In this document: piece by piece, positions 1-13,166 of the stretch
Layout: each line of letters opens with the position of its first letter
How positions within the stretch are numbered: position 1 is the first letter of the stretch
Source: Tricharina praecox
Lineage: Eukaryota
Length of the DNA stretch: 64,000 nt
Reading direction: 5' to 3'
Assembly (NCBI RefSeq): GCF_024521635.1
Contig: NW_026250438.1
Coordinates: 124,001 to 188,000, forward strand
Notes under the pieces: generated by a model
What the model saw: only the letters and a program-made list of their open reading frames with translations
The model's database searches: none
Told to the model about the DNA's origin: nothing
Program-made: the position numbers and the translations under genes

Positions 1-566
<566 letters not shown>

Positions 567-2397
567 GGTGTATCTCGGTGGTTTATTCTTTGCTGTGATG
601 CGTTATGGGTTGTTGTGGGGGTTGTTGTGGACGGTCGTTGAATGGAATTATGCGGAAGGCCCTCTATATTCCCTGGCGGCGGCAGCGATGATGATGGGGG
701 TGTTCGATATTATTCGGAAACGTGTGAGTCCAGTCCCGTCCGTCCAACGTGCCATCGACATCCGGGGGCTTGACAGGAGTATTTAAGTGAGCTCGCGGAG
801 CTCACATAGTTCACAAGTCATCCGCCATCACAGGTACATTTACCGGGACAAGGGCAGCACACCACCATTACAATTATTACGCCCGCTCGCCGGGCCACAC
901 GCTACCACAACAAGGGTACATACATAACATTCAAAGACGCCCCCCCCCCCCCCCCTCTCCCCTGCCCGTCGAGATGGTGGGAATAACCTACCTCTCTACA
1001 TAGAACACTCCTCGCCTCGCCTCGTTCCATGGCATAGCATGGCATGGCATGTGGCCGATGTCAGTCTGTCTCCCACACACACCCCCCCCCCCCTTTCCAC
1101 GGTAGTTAGTGGGGCGAGAAAGATAGGCAGTGGGCATGGGCACGCTCAGGAACAAGGCACCAGCGACCAGTGAAGTGATCAGCTTAGAGACGGCATTCCT
1201 CGAACGGAAGGGGAGGGGGAGCGGCGACCGTGGTCCGGACAAAGGCGAGGGGAGCACTCTGATCGGCCAGCTCATCATCACCATGCCCAGACTCCAGACT
1301 CCAGACTGCAGAGTCAGAGACGGCAGGGCAAGACAGCTGACGGGAAACCGGCTGCTGCCGTTCGTTCGACTCGGACGTTCTTTCACCATTCAACTCGACC
1401 TACATACATAGACCTGGACCTTGCCGTTTTTCACAAGACCTGCGTTGCATGTGTCGATGGGGAAGGGAATGTCCTGCAGGAACAACACAGTCCGGCCAGT
1501 ACATAGAGTCGAGTCGGGCACGGTACGGTGAGACGGTGATCTCCACGCCCCCAGGGATGTCTTGACTCTTCGACACATGTCGGTCGACATCAATACTTCT
1601 GCTGCCCGGAGCAAGGGCGAATCGAATCATGATTCATCCACCGCACCGGGATCACCGAGTTGAACGGCATACATAGATAGAGTGTCCACGTCTTGTGCCT
1701 TGTGGTGTGCGGGGGCGTGTGCAGGGAAGGTGTGTGAGGAGGACAAAGCAAAGCCTACCGGTACTCGCATAAGCAAGCAGGCAGCAAGCAGACAAGCAAG
1801 TACTTACTCTAGGTACCGGTACATATGATACCGGTAGACATGATACCAGCGTAGTCGAGCAAATAGTTACTGCTAGCAGTTAGCTACATGTTAGCGGGCG
1901 AATGTATGTAGGAGGGGCGTGTCTGAATCTAGATGCTGCAAAGCAATGCGGGCCAAGTGACGTGACGGACGCACATTGCAATGATTCCATCGGAAAACCC
2001 TCACCCCTCAAACCCCGCACACGCGCATAGCTACGCACATGGCCACTCGGGGGAAACATGTCTCGAAGCGATGACGGCTAGTGGTTGTGGATGGCGTCGA
2101 GTCGAGCTGGCATCGAACAGCGCAGGCGGGGGAGTTGTCCAAAGGAAAGGTGCAACGAGCCGCTATGCTCGGTAGCACCGGCCGACCTACTCGCTCACCA
2201 AACCGAACCAAACCTTGCCCGCGACGCCCACCCGTTGCTGTCGCCGTCGCCGTGGAATCTTGCCTTGCCTTGTGTACCCATGTCGCAATGCCGCACTGTC
2301 GCCCGGCTGCAGGCGCATTCGTGACGACATACATGGTACTCTATGTATTCCAGGAACAGAACAGGAACCGGTGCTTAGCGATTGGCGAGGCAGGAGT

Positions 2398-2600
2398 TCT
2401 TTCTTTTTTCTTTCCTTTTTCTTTCCTTTTTCTTTCCTTTTTCTTTCCTTTTTCTTTCCTTTTTCTTTCCTTTTTCTTTCCTTTTTCTTTCCTTTTTCTT
2501 TCCTTTTTCTTTCCTTTTCTTTCCTTTTCTTTCCTTTTCTTTCTTTTTTCTTCCTTTTTTCTTTCTTTTTCTGTGTTTCCTTTTTCTTTATTTCCTTTTT
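2398..2600. repeat. Pyrimidine-rich minisatellite, ~11-bp unit (TTTTCTTTCCT)n
   Basis: Directly visible tandem array. It accounts for the spurious Phe/Ser-rich and Lys/Glu/Arg-rich ORFs in the track. Confidence 0.95.
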
Positions 2601-4197
2601 CGGTCGGACGCGGACCGCGGATCGATACCCTGTGCGGGAGGTCTCGCCGAATGCCGAAGCAGCAAGAAGCAACATTTGATCCATCCATCGCAGCGCGTGC
2701 CGCTCGCCGCTTCGCCGATCGGAGATGCTAAGATCCAATCACACGCTCACACGACGGTACTTCTGACGGCTTGCATGCTCTGTGTACATACATGCCAAGG
2801 TGGCTACTCTACATGGGAGACAACAGGATTCTTGCTTCCTCGGTGCGCGACTCGCGAGGAGTGAGGGGTGAACACCGCTGAACACTGGAGAGGATCGCTG
2901 ATAAGGTAGCTGCAAGTACCACTGGATACATGGATGCACACAAACCTGCTGAGTGCTCTGCCCAACACCGTGCTTTGGTTGGTAGCTTGCCGGTCTCTAT
3001 CTTCCAAACGGAAATTGCCGGCTGGCGTTGTACCCTGTGTGGAGGTGAACTATATCTGAGCGAGTCGCTGTGATGCGGCTGTGGAGCTCGCAGCTTTGGC
3101 CATGGACTGGACGGCTGGCTGGATGGCTGGTTCTGCAGAGAGACGGTCAGCAGACACCGCGACTGCGCGAGGTGGAGCACTCCACCGTACATACTCACTA
3201 CAATCTCAGGCCGGATGACTGTCTGTCGGGCTGTCAGCTCGCATTCCTGCACATATATAGCAATAGACCTGGTAGGTACCTTGAGTACCATGTATCTACC
3301 TTGAGTACCGTATGTGCCGTATGAAGAGCATCCGCATTTCCGCCTCGCGCCAGCGGCCAGAATAGGTAGCAGACAGGTATGTGCATAAATACCCAGGAAT
3401 CCAGGACCGAGTAAGGTGGTGTAGATCCTACATACCGGTATCATAATAGTTCACGGTAGTATACGGTAGTAATATGTAACTGCTTCCAACTTCCAGCTTC
3501 CACACTTCTTTGCCCAGCCACCGGGTGGTCCACGGTCGTCAAGCTTCGATGGAGGATGGAGGGAGGGAGTCGAGCGAGTAAGTTGAGCTGCCAAATGGCC
3601 TTCCTTCCTGGTCGCGTGGGCCACCCATGCCATGCCATGCTTCCCAGTGCTTCCAGGGTGCCGGTAATCGATGTGAAGCTTCATCGACTGGACGAGGTGG
3701 ATTCACTGGATTGTGCCGGCTAATCTAATTGGACACTTCCGACGACCCTCCGGACAAAACCCCGGAGAGTTTGGAAGGCGGGGAAGACGTCGAGAGTCCG
3801 CCATCTCCAAACTCGCACCTTCCTACCGTACATCACCATCGAGTATGTGCATCTATTTCATCGCAACTTGACCTGCGACTGCCCAACACCACAGTGCACA
3901 CGTCAAAGCACTCAACCTGCAAGCAAGCATTCAGCACTCTACTGCCTGGTACTACCTAGTAGTAGTGACACCCATGTCCCGAGTCTCGATCACGCCGTCG
4001 CTGTCACGGTTGTTGATCTCCGATTACTACTCTACACTAGGCACTCTACAAAACTAGGACATACATGTGGACATAGTAGCCCCGCATCAATCGAGACCCC
4101 GCATCCGCGAACCCCACATTTCGGCGACAGCGGCTTAAAGGAGCATCGTGTGAGAGTTAGTTTCCGCGAGGCCGGATTCTTTGTGGTGGATCCTTTG

Positions 4198-4253
4198 TGG
4201 TCGACCGTCGACCGTCGACCGTCGACCGTGGACCGTGGACCGTGGACTGTGGA
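4198..4253. repeat. Heptamer tandem repeat (GTCGACC/GTGGACC)n, about 7 copies
   Basis: gtcgaccgtcgaccgtcgaccgtcgaccgtggaccgtggaccgtggactgtgga. Confidence 0.9.
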
Positions 4254-6194
4254 GCACTGCATCACGCGCGTTGTGTGTATCTACTATAGTGTAAATACAC
4301 ACGATCCACCACGGTTGATCCGGTAGGACGATGGAGGGAGGGAGGGAGGGAGGGAAGCAGGTAGAAAGCAGGTAGGAAGAAGGTGGCGCGTGCGTGCGTG
4401 CGTCCACTGTCCACAGTGCACACAGGAATGATCATGCGCCCTCACGTAGGTGTGTACATCTCGCAGCGAAAGCCGAAGGCCGAAGGCCGGTGCGAACCGT
4501 TAGTTGGTCTACTATTTCCCCGGCAAACGAAAGCTTGACCCTCCTCCCCCCGCCTCCCCCCTCCCTCCCCACAGGCCTTCCCCGCCGAATTCTTGCACTT
4601 GCGCTTCATCCCAGTTACCCACGCTTCGCCGTTCTTCTTGGAGTCTTGGAGTCTTGGCTTCCGGATCATCTCGGTTCAACTCGGAGATTTGTCCGCCGTG
4701 ACGCAAGCGAGATCGTACACAGTGGTTACCGTAGGTAGTGTGCACAGGATATCACTCGCCGGCAATAGGCAGTCATAGATAAAGAAAACGTCCCCGTCCC
4801 GAGATGTCCCAGGAGATGAAACTTGAAAGTTGAAAGTTGAAAGACTAATCCTCACGGCCTGCCTATCTAGATGGCACTGGTCCTGCCCTTTGAGCACCGC
4901 ACAGAGGACCCCGCCGAACGTCCACCCACGCTCCAGATTCGGCACAGCGATGTGTGCGTGCCTGTTGGAAACGTTCGCTGCAGCAACAATATCGCCAGCG
5001 GCGAGGTCTCTCTTTACACATACCTATATGTACAGACTTGAGACTTGGAACTTCTTGGTCCGAATGGTGGGTACCTACTCGCCCAGGTGCCGCCGGCGAA
5101 GGGAACTCGCCCCCAGCCAGGCAGCACTCGGTCGGTCGACCGTCCGCGGAACTTTGTTCGCGCCAACATCTCCCGTGGGAGAGGTTGAGAGGCCAGCATG
5201 CATCAAGATTCAAACCTCGAGGTGTCTGACAGAAAACCTGCGGCATCAACCACACAAAATTTTCTTAACCACCGAATTCAGGGGCAAAAGACCGGTGAAA
5301 AACAAATCGAAAATCTCGGAAAATCACTCGTCCGCGTCGATAAAACGCACATTTGGCTCCCTCCCTCCCTCCCTCGGAGTCTTTAGAAGAGCTAAATACT
5401 TGGTACCTTTGGGTTTCGCCCAGTTGAGCAAAAGAGATCGTCCCAAGCCGTCTAGGTATAATACGATTCCACTGATGAGCCGACATCGACATCTTGATGC
5501 GATTGAAATTTGAACTTTTCGACATGTTGAAGCTTTGAGGTTACCGGTAACTAACCATGAACAGCCAGGGGAGAAGAGGAAAAATGCGGGGAGGGCTGGT
5601 TAGATGGTTAGAGAGGCATTTGGCGATGTTCACGAGACGGAACTGGCAATTTCTGCCTGTTTCGATGACTACATAGGTACAATCATCATATGGGCAGGGG
5701 TTGATACGCACCTACCTATTGCCGACCAGATACGGAATTACTACGATAGGTACGCAACCTACTTCCTTTCGAACATAGTGGCTACGGTCGAGAGGATAAG
5801 GATGAGAAGTGGGCGCCGGGAAGGATGGTGTGGAGGGAATGGAGATGTGTTACCTAATGTAGGAAAGGTGGCGAAGCCCCTGCTGCTGCCTCAAACAGAG
5901 AATGCTATGCTACCGACGATAGACAATGCCGGACTGGGCTGTAGGAAAGAGGCTGATTCTGGTGAGATACTAGGGAGTCAGGGACAATGCTGAGAAGCTC
6001 ACAAAGGCTGCTTACGACGACTACTAGTGGGTCCGTAAAATGATAGGGAACAATGCAAAGAACCAGTGGCCGGGATACACAGGCATGTAGACGTGTAAAT
6101 AACCGACAGTCAAGCGGTAAGAGCTTGCGAGTGATTTTTGGTGGAGATACAATATCGGCATGGTAGCGTTGGTAAACGAATTGTAGACACTCAT

Positions 6195-6325
6195 GCTGGG
6201 TGAGTGAACGTGAGAGTGAATAGGACTTTGAAGGCACACGTGCGTGGGAGTGGATGTTAATGTGAATGGGACGTTGCAGGCACACGTGCTTGGTAAGTGA
6301 ATGTGAGAGTGAGTGTGTACTCTAG
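6195..6325. repeat. Degenerate ~47-bp tandem repeat, about 2.7 copies
   Basis: The pattern gtgagtgaa..gtgagagtgaat.ggac.ttg.aggcacacgtgc recurs with a ~47-bp period. Confidence 0.6.
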
Positions 6326-6592
6326 GTTTCTTGGATAGACTATTGTTTCCTAGAAAGCTGTGTTTGACGATGTTCAATAGACCCTACATCACTTAGTCCC
6401 AAACTTTGGATCGCCCTCACCATCACGATGATCACTCGAGAAGGTCGTGATACGGACAGCAACAAAAAACTCCATTAAAAACTACCCCAGAAACCCAGTT
6501 TCTCCAAAAATAAACGAATGCATATAGCCACTGATTCCCTAGTGGAATCTTCATCCTCGCTCCAAACTCACAAATTACAATACACGGCACGA

Positions 6593-9362
6593 CTAATTAT
6601 CACCGTCGCCACCACCACCTGGGGGAGTGACCGCACCCGTGACGACCGAGACGGAATCGACGTAGGCATCTCTGTTGTTACCGCCTCCAAGGGGACAATT
6701 GACGGTGAGCGAGATGACAGCAGTTGAGCTACTGGGGGTGAACGTGAAGGAGACGGGAGTCCAAGCGTTCGGCGGGGCGGTAGCAGTAGTCTGGATGGGG
6801 GCACCATCGGCGCTCCAGGTGTACTGGCAGTTACCGTCGGCGTCTTGACGCTCGTACGCGGTAAGTGTGTGTTGCACGCCGGCACACACCTCGATGCTCT
6901 GCGAGAGGGTGGCGGCTCCGTTGGAGCCGGTGAAGCGCATCATGTATGCGCGATTGCCGGCATGTGCTAGCCCTGTTTGCGCGCCGGAGGAGGAGCTGGC
7001 GCTGACGGCTCCGCTGATCGCCCATGGAGAGATGTTGGCACTGGCGTCGAAGCCGCCGTTAACCACGCGGTTGCCGGTCAGGGTGCAGACTGGCGGTGGT
7101 GTGGTGGGGCAGGATGTGATGGTGACGGCGGGGAGAGTCACGGTGGTAGCGGGGAGGGTGACGGTGTCGGTGACGGTTACTCCAGGAGCGGTGATAGTGT
7201 CGGTAATAGTGCCGCCAGGGAGGGTGATGGTGTCGGTGACGGTTACTCCAGGAGCGGTGATAGTGTCGGTGATAGTGCCGCCAGGGAGGGTGATAGTGTC
7301 GGTGACGGTTACTCCAGGAGCGGTGATAGTGTCGGTGATAGTGCCGCCAGGGAGGGTGATAGTGTCGGTGACGGTTACTCCAGGAGCGGTGATAGTGTCG
7401 GTGATAGTGCCACCAGGGAGGGTGACAGTTGCGCCTGGGCCACCAGGGAGAGTGATGGTGTCGGTGACGGTCACACCTGGGCCACCAGGGAGAGTGATGG
7501 TGTCGGTGACAGTCGCTCCAGGGCCACCAGGGAGAGTGATAGTGTCGGTGACGGTCACACCTGGGCCACCAGGGAGAGTGATGGTGTCGGTGACAGTCGC
7601 TCCAGGGAGGGTCACTGTTGCGCCTGGACCACCGGGGAGAGTGATAGTGTCGGTGACAGTCGCTCCAGGGCCACCAGGGAGAGTGATAGTGTCGGTGACA
7701 GTCACGCCTGGGCCACCAGGGAGAGTGATGGTGTCGGTGACAGTCGCTCCAGGGAGGGTCACTGTTGCGCCTGGACCACCGGGGAGAGTGATAGTGTCGG
7801 TGACAGTCGCTCCAGGGCCACCAGGGAGAGTGATAGTGTCGGTGACAGTCACGCCTGGGCCACCAGGGAGAGTGATGGTGTCGGTGACGGTCACACCTGG
7901 GCCACCAGGGAGAGTGATAGTGTCGGTGACAGTCTCTCCGGGGAGGGTCACTGTTGCGCCTGGACCACCGGGGAGAGTGATAGTGTCGGTGACAGTCGCT
8001 CCAGGGCCACCAGGGAGAGTGATGGTGTCGGTGACAGTCGCTCCAGGGAGGGTCACTGTTGCGCCTGGGCCACCGGGGAGAGTGATAGTGTCGGTGACGG
8101 TCACGCCTGGGCCACCAGGGAGAGTGATAGTGTCGGTGACGGTCACGCCTGGGCCACCAGGGAGAGTGATGGTGTCGGTGACAGTCGCTCCAGGGCCACC
8201 AGGGAGAGTGATGGTGTCGGTGACGGTCACACCTGGGCCACCAGGGAGAGTGATGGTGTCGGTGACAGTCGCTCCAGGGCCACCAGGGAGAGTGATAGTG
8301 TCGGTGACAGTCGCTCCAGGGCCACCAGGGAGAGTGATAGTGTCGGTGACAGTCGCTCCAGGGCCACCAGGGAGAGTGATAGTGTCGGTGACAGTCACGC
8401 CTGGGCCACCAGGGAGAGTGATGGTGTCGGTGACAGTCGCTCCAGGGAGGGTCACTGTTGCGCCTGGGCCACCGGGGAGAGTGATAGTGTCGGTGACGGT
8501 CACGCCTGGGCCACCAGGGAGAGTGATGGTGTCGGTGACAGTCGCTCCAGGGCCACCAGGGAGAGTGATGGTGTCGGTGACGGTCACACCTGGGCCACCA
8601 GGGAGAGTGATGGTGTCGGTGACAGTCGCTCCAGGGCCACCAGGGAGAGTGATGGTGTCGGTGACAGTCGCTCCAGGGCCACCAGGGAGAGTGATGGTGT
8701 CGGTAACGGTCACACCTGAGCCACCAGGGAGAGTGATGGTGTCGGTGACAGTCTCTCCGGGGAGGGTCACTGTTGCGCCTGGACCACCAGTGAGAGTGAT
8801 AGTTTCTCCAGGGACGGTGACGGTTGAACCTGGGCCGGGAATGGTGACGGTGTCGGTGACGGTATCAGTGCCGCTAGGGATGGTGACAGTCTCTCCAGGG
8901 AGGGTGGTGGTCCCCCCAGGAATGGTGACGGTGTCAGTGCCACCAGGGAGGGTGGTCGTACGGACTTCACCCGTCTTGGTGATGGTGACCGTACGAGTCG
9001 AAGGAGGAGCTGGGTAGCCGGGGACCTACAAACCACAAACATCAGCAACCGGTCGTAGCAATTGACATCCGTCTCGCAAATGCGGCAGACACCACGGTCC
9101 GGATCAATTGACTTACCTCAATCGTCCGCGTGACGGTCTTGGTGTTGTGGCCATAGCCTTTGTCGACCCACTTCGTAGTGGTCTTCGGGACGTACCTCGT
9201 CTTCGTCCTGGTCTTCGTCACGGTGACGGTACGGTGATTGTGATTGCGATCGCGGTGATCTCGCTGTTCGATCTGGGCTTCGCCGGCGCCGCGTCTTTCG
9301 TGGTCCACAGGGCTGGCCAAGGCCAAACCTGTCAGCATGAACAGGATGTACTGGGGCTTCAT
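6593..9362 (-). CDS. Secreted Thr-rich tandem-repeat protein (892 aa) with C-terminal CBM4/9-like (galactose-binding-like beta-sandwich) domain
   Basis: Exon 1 9362-9117 encodes signal peptide MKPQYILFMLTGLALASP and a dibasic ERR site. Intron 9116-9026 (GTAAGT..GCTGAT..TAG). Exon 2 9025-6593 is in frame and encodes ~29 TVTDTITLPGGPG(A/V) units, then NRVVNGGFD..PW..AHAGNRAY..LSQSIEVCAG..WTPVSFTFT..YVDSVSV, which resembles CBM_4_9-type modules. Confidence 0.88.
7130..8780 (-). repeat. Coding minisatellite: 42-bp main unit with interspersed 21-bp half units and distal 33-bp units
   Basis: Direct reading: 14-aa TVTDTITLPGGPGA/V, 7-aa TVTLPGA/E/G, and 11-aa TITDTITAPGV / TVTDTITLPGG units. Confidence 0.97.
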
Positions 9363-11471
9363 ACTGAATTGCTAACGAGTGACAAGTGGAATAAAGAGTG
9401 ACTTGACCGATGAAGAAGCGTGGATATCAAAACGCAAGTCTCTCCTCCAGCTTAAGTACCCAGACGACAAGACACCAACTCTCACGGGGTCCCACTAAGG
9501 TGCCTCTTAGGGGAATCTACTGCCAGCAAACAAGCGCAGTCTGCGCAGCCATTTCTTGGTGCATATCGTCTTTGTCGTTTGGCGTTGGTGGTTTTCTCCA
9601 AAATCTAAAAGAGGATGCTCTTTTGTGGAAACTAACCAAAATTGAGACAAGGTTTATGGCCACCCTCATGGGTTAAAACTCTGGAAAATCCGATTCCGAG
9701 CTTCGGCAAAGTCCTTGGCGATGGTTCCTGGGAGTGACTTCCGGTTCACGCCACCGAATCTCCAGGGTGTGTAAACCCCGAGTGCTCAAGTGCGAGGCGA
9801 AGGTCGAGACCTCCACTATTCAGATCTTAGCATGGTGGTGATTCGCCACCCAGAAGCAGAGAAAGAACCAACCTGCGTCCTACGTTACCCAAAAACTCTG
9901 GTAGAAACCTGGTCGTTGGGCTTCTGAGTGCGGAGGCGAGTGAACCCCGTATGAACCTATCCACGTCCGTGAGGCTTCAAGCATTCACTCAGATGTCGCA
10001 GCTGTCATCCGTTAGCGAAATTGATCCAACTTCTCGTCAAGACGGGGGCGAGCGAACAGAAACCACCTAGTTAACCCCATGCATAACGCTACAGACTAGA
10101 TAGATGCTACTTTAGCTTGTGGCTTGCCCAGGCCCCAGACCTTCACGGCTGATGTTGAATCCGTGCCGCCGTCGCCACAAGCTTGTTACTAGAGGACGTC
10201 GTTCATCCGGCTTGGCTCAGTGAAAGCACTGGATGGACCAGAGCCGACTTTGATTCCCGGGGAGGACGAGCTAACCAACTGTGTTGTTCTCGAAGTGAAG
10301 TTCGTGAGGTTGGGACCAGCAGCTGCATCCATATGCATAGAGAACGCTTCGCGATGAAGTCGCGGGAGTCCTTGGCAGATTCCAAACATCGGGTACCTCC
10401 GCAAATCCCCCACAAGATAAGCATTAGAATTTCCGCAAGGGAATCCAGCCGCATACCGGCAACCAGTCAAGTCAAGCTTCGTCGGTCCGTATAAACAGGG
10501 AGATTAACCAGCCGCCCAGCCCCTTTAGCACCTAGCTGCGACGATTGTTGCTTATGCGTAGCTTCCAATTTACCTAATGGAATCTCAAGCGTCAAGAACG
10601 TCCAGCCCGTGTGCACTTGCCGATTATCGTGGAGATATGATGCTGCGGCGTAATTGGGTTGGAGAGTTTTAGAACGACCGGCAGCACATATGACGACGGT
10701 CATCATTGATGAGACATGCACAGAGGCGGCACAGTTGTCAGTGAGTAAGGCTATCCATGGTAGATAACCGCACTAAAGGTGAGAGGAACACCGTGCCATG
10801 GGCCGTATGTATCATATGTATGTAGAGTACATACAATAGGTGGGGATATTCCCTTTTCAGCCCCACAGATCCGGGGAAATTTGTCTTGCTTATCAGCCGC
10901 AACGGCCTTTTGCTTAGGAAACTTGAAGTTCTATGATTTGAACGTCTTCATACCGAGTGCGGATCATACCCGTACAGGTATATACCTAGCTGGCCAAGTC
11001 TAGACCAAGGATTGTAGAATAAATGGGTGACTCACATCAGCCGTTTAATTACCCAGTTCAGCCCTCACGCCGTAATTCGCACGCTGCGCACGGCATTTTC
11101 ACTTCGAACATGTTGGAACATGTTGGCCAATGAATGAAGCTCAAGCCACCGTATGACATCAAGTAGAGTACTCTACTAGTATCGGCAGTCTGTGGCGAGA
11201 TCGGAGAGAAAGTATCCAACTGAATAACCGCTTTAATGCCAAAAGAAAGTTCAAAGACCCCTTCTAAGAAGTGCGATGCAGAGGGATGTGCATGTGTTTC
11301 GCAGGTGCGCAGGTTCGCACTTGTGCAATTGCTTCTTTTCTGTCCTGCATGATTCCAACACCATCCTTCAGCCGCGGAATATGCCCATACGGACACGGAA
11401 CTTCCCCTACTCTCCCTCGCCGATCACTCCCCTGAATTCCCACACTTTGGCATTGCTCAAAACTTTGCCCC

Positions 11472-12554
11472 CTAGACTTCCTCTCCGATCAACCCCTTGA
11501 ATTCCCCCAATTCGGCGTCGCTCACCTCCCCAACCAGCGCTGCCGCCTCACAATCACTCTTCATAGCGACCTCCCTAGTGGTACCGTCCAGGATCGCCAC
11601 GCCGCCGCCCTTCTCCCAGCCCCGTCCCAGCGCGAGAACCAGAAGATACAGCGCCTCCTCCTTCTTGTCACTATCCTCCAGCACGCGGATAGCCACCCTC
11701 TGCACGACACCACTCTTCAGCAGCTGCGGATTCCCCGAGAGCGTCCAGAAGCTCTGCCAGACCATTCCATGGTCTCTACAGAACCGGCGAACATCAACAT
11801 CCCAATTATTTCCCGGCCAGAAGCGGTTCTGCACGATCGCAGGCTTGACCTGGCACTCCTCATAGAGCCTTTCGAGCTCTGGCAGCGCCACATTGGAGAC
11901 GCCCAGATGCCAGATCTTCTCGAGCCGCACGTAGTCCTCGAGGACGCGGTAGGCCTCGAGCGTCTCGGCATGCGTTTCCATCGGCGAGTGCAGCAGCAGC
12001 GCGTCAAGGTACGTATCGAGGTGCGCGAGACTGGTCGTTACCGACATCTTCACCATCGACGCGAGCGGCAGCGTTAGTTTGTACGGACAGTTCCGCGGAT
12101 CCTGCCCGCCCGGCGACGTGAATTTGCTCTGGATGAAGAGTGTGTCCCGCGGCGTGTGCTGCCCGCGCACGCTGGTCATCAGGAACTCTTTTAGACCATT
12201 GCCGACGAGGTCTTCGCGGTAGTGCTTGGGCTGGCACGCCGTGTCGACGCCTGGAGGCTGTTAGTTGCGGCGGGGGATGGGGCGAGGAGCACGGGTACCT
12301 TGGAATCCAGTTCGGAGTGCAGTTGTAACGAGCTCGGCGGTGGCACCCTTTTTCCAGGCGGTGCCGTACAGGAGGAGCGGATGTGTCCGCGAACCGGGGA
12401 GCGTCAAGGAAGGTGCTGGTCCTGCTTCTTCCGATGGTACGGGGCTCGGCGGTGGAGGCGGAGATGGCGTTCCTGGTCGCATTGTTCCTGGTCGCCTTAT
12501 TTCAGCGGAGAATCCTCGTCTGTTGATGGTCATGAGACGGCGGTAGATATGCAT
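11472..12554 (-). CDS. Aldo/keto reductase family oxidoreductase
   Basis: Exon 1 (ATG at 12554, or a downstream ATG) runs to 12299. A 48-nt intron spans 12298-12251, and exon 2 runs to TAG at 11472. Motifs: LLYGTAWK, GFQGVDTACQPKHYREDLVG, LFIQSKF, YLDALLLHSP, IWHLGVSN, VKPAIVQNRF. The start codon is uncertain. Confidence 0.9.
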
Positions 12555-12688
12555 CTGGTGGGTTTGGAGGGAGGGCGGGGCGGACCGGTGAAGACCTCTC
12601 AGTCGGAAGCATTGGGCCAGTGACGCAACCGTACGCAATAGGTAATAGATGCGATCACATCATCTCCGCATCCCCAGATCCTGATCCT

Positions 12689-13154
12689 CGCACAGCGCGG
12701 CACGGTTCACGCGCGGCCGTTGCTAAGAGTTAGTGAATGCCTGCATCACGTGAATACCGCTTATTCTTACTTAGCCGAGCGGAAATGAGACCTCGCATCG
12801 AAACCTCCGTAAGCCTGTATCGATAACTATCCTATTTCCCGCACAGAAGCACGGTTCACGCGCTGCCGTTGCTACATACGGCCCCCAAGATATCACGTTA
12901 CACGTATCTAAGCCCGCTTATTCTTAGCCGAGCGCAAATGCAACCTTGCATTGCGAGTGATATGTACCTCCGTGGGCCTGCACATGCAGTACAGTACCCT
13001 ACATATGGTTCCCACCATTCTCATATAACCGCCCTTCGCCCTTGCATAATATTGCGAGTGATATGTATGTACCTTCGTAGGCCAGCACAGTAGAGTACAA
13101 TACCTGCACACATATGATTCCCACCATTCTCATATAACCGCCCTTTTCCCTTGC
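12689..13154. repeat. Two overlapping degenerate tandem duplications in the intergenic spacer
   Basis: Unit A at ~12689-12816 matches ~12840-12980 (cgcacag..gcacggttcacgcgc.gccgttgcta...ccgcttattctta...gccgagcg.aaatg). Unit B at 12950-13045 matches 13051-13154 (attgcgagtgatatgta...catatg.ttcccaccattctcatataaccgccctt..cccttgc). Confidence 0.85.
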
Positions 13155-13166
13155 CTACCTACCTAA

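Noticed and set aside
2081..2864. Phe/Ser-rich and Lys/Glu/Arg-rich ORFs
   Set aside because: Translations of the CT-rich minisatellite with no coding signature.
5604..5993. 129-aa ATG-initiated ORF
   Set aside because: No recognisable motif or supporting splice structure; cannot be supported without a search.
7130..8780. Regular repeat array as a possible CRISPR or collagen-like gene
   Set aside because: No unique spacers and no cas genes in a eukaryotic context. Gly is not at every third residue, so it is not collagen.
6867..9017. 716-aa and 580-aa plus-strand ORFs
   Set aside because: Antisense shadows of the stop-free coding minisatellite. The minus-strand reading has the signal peptide, canonical intron and folded domain.
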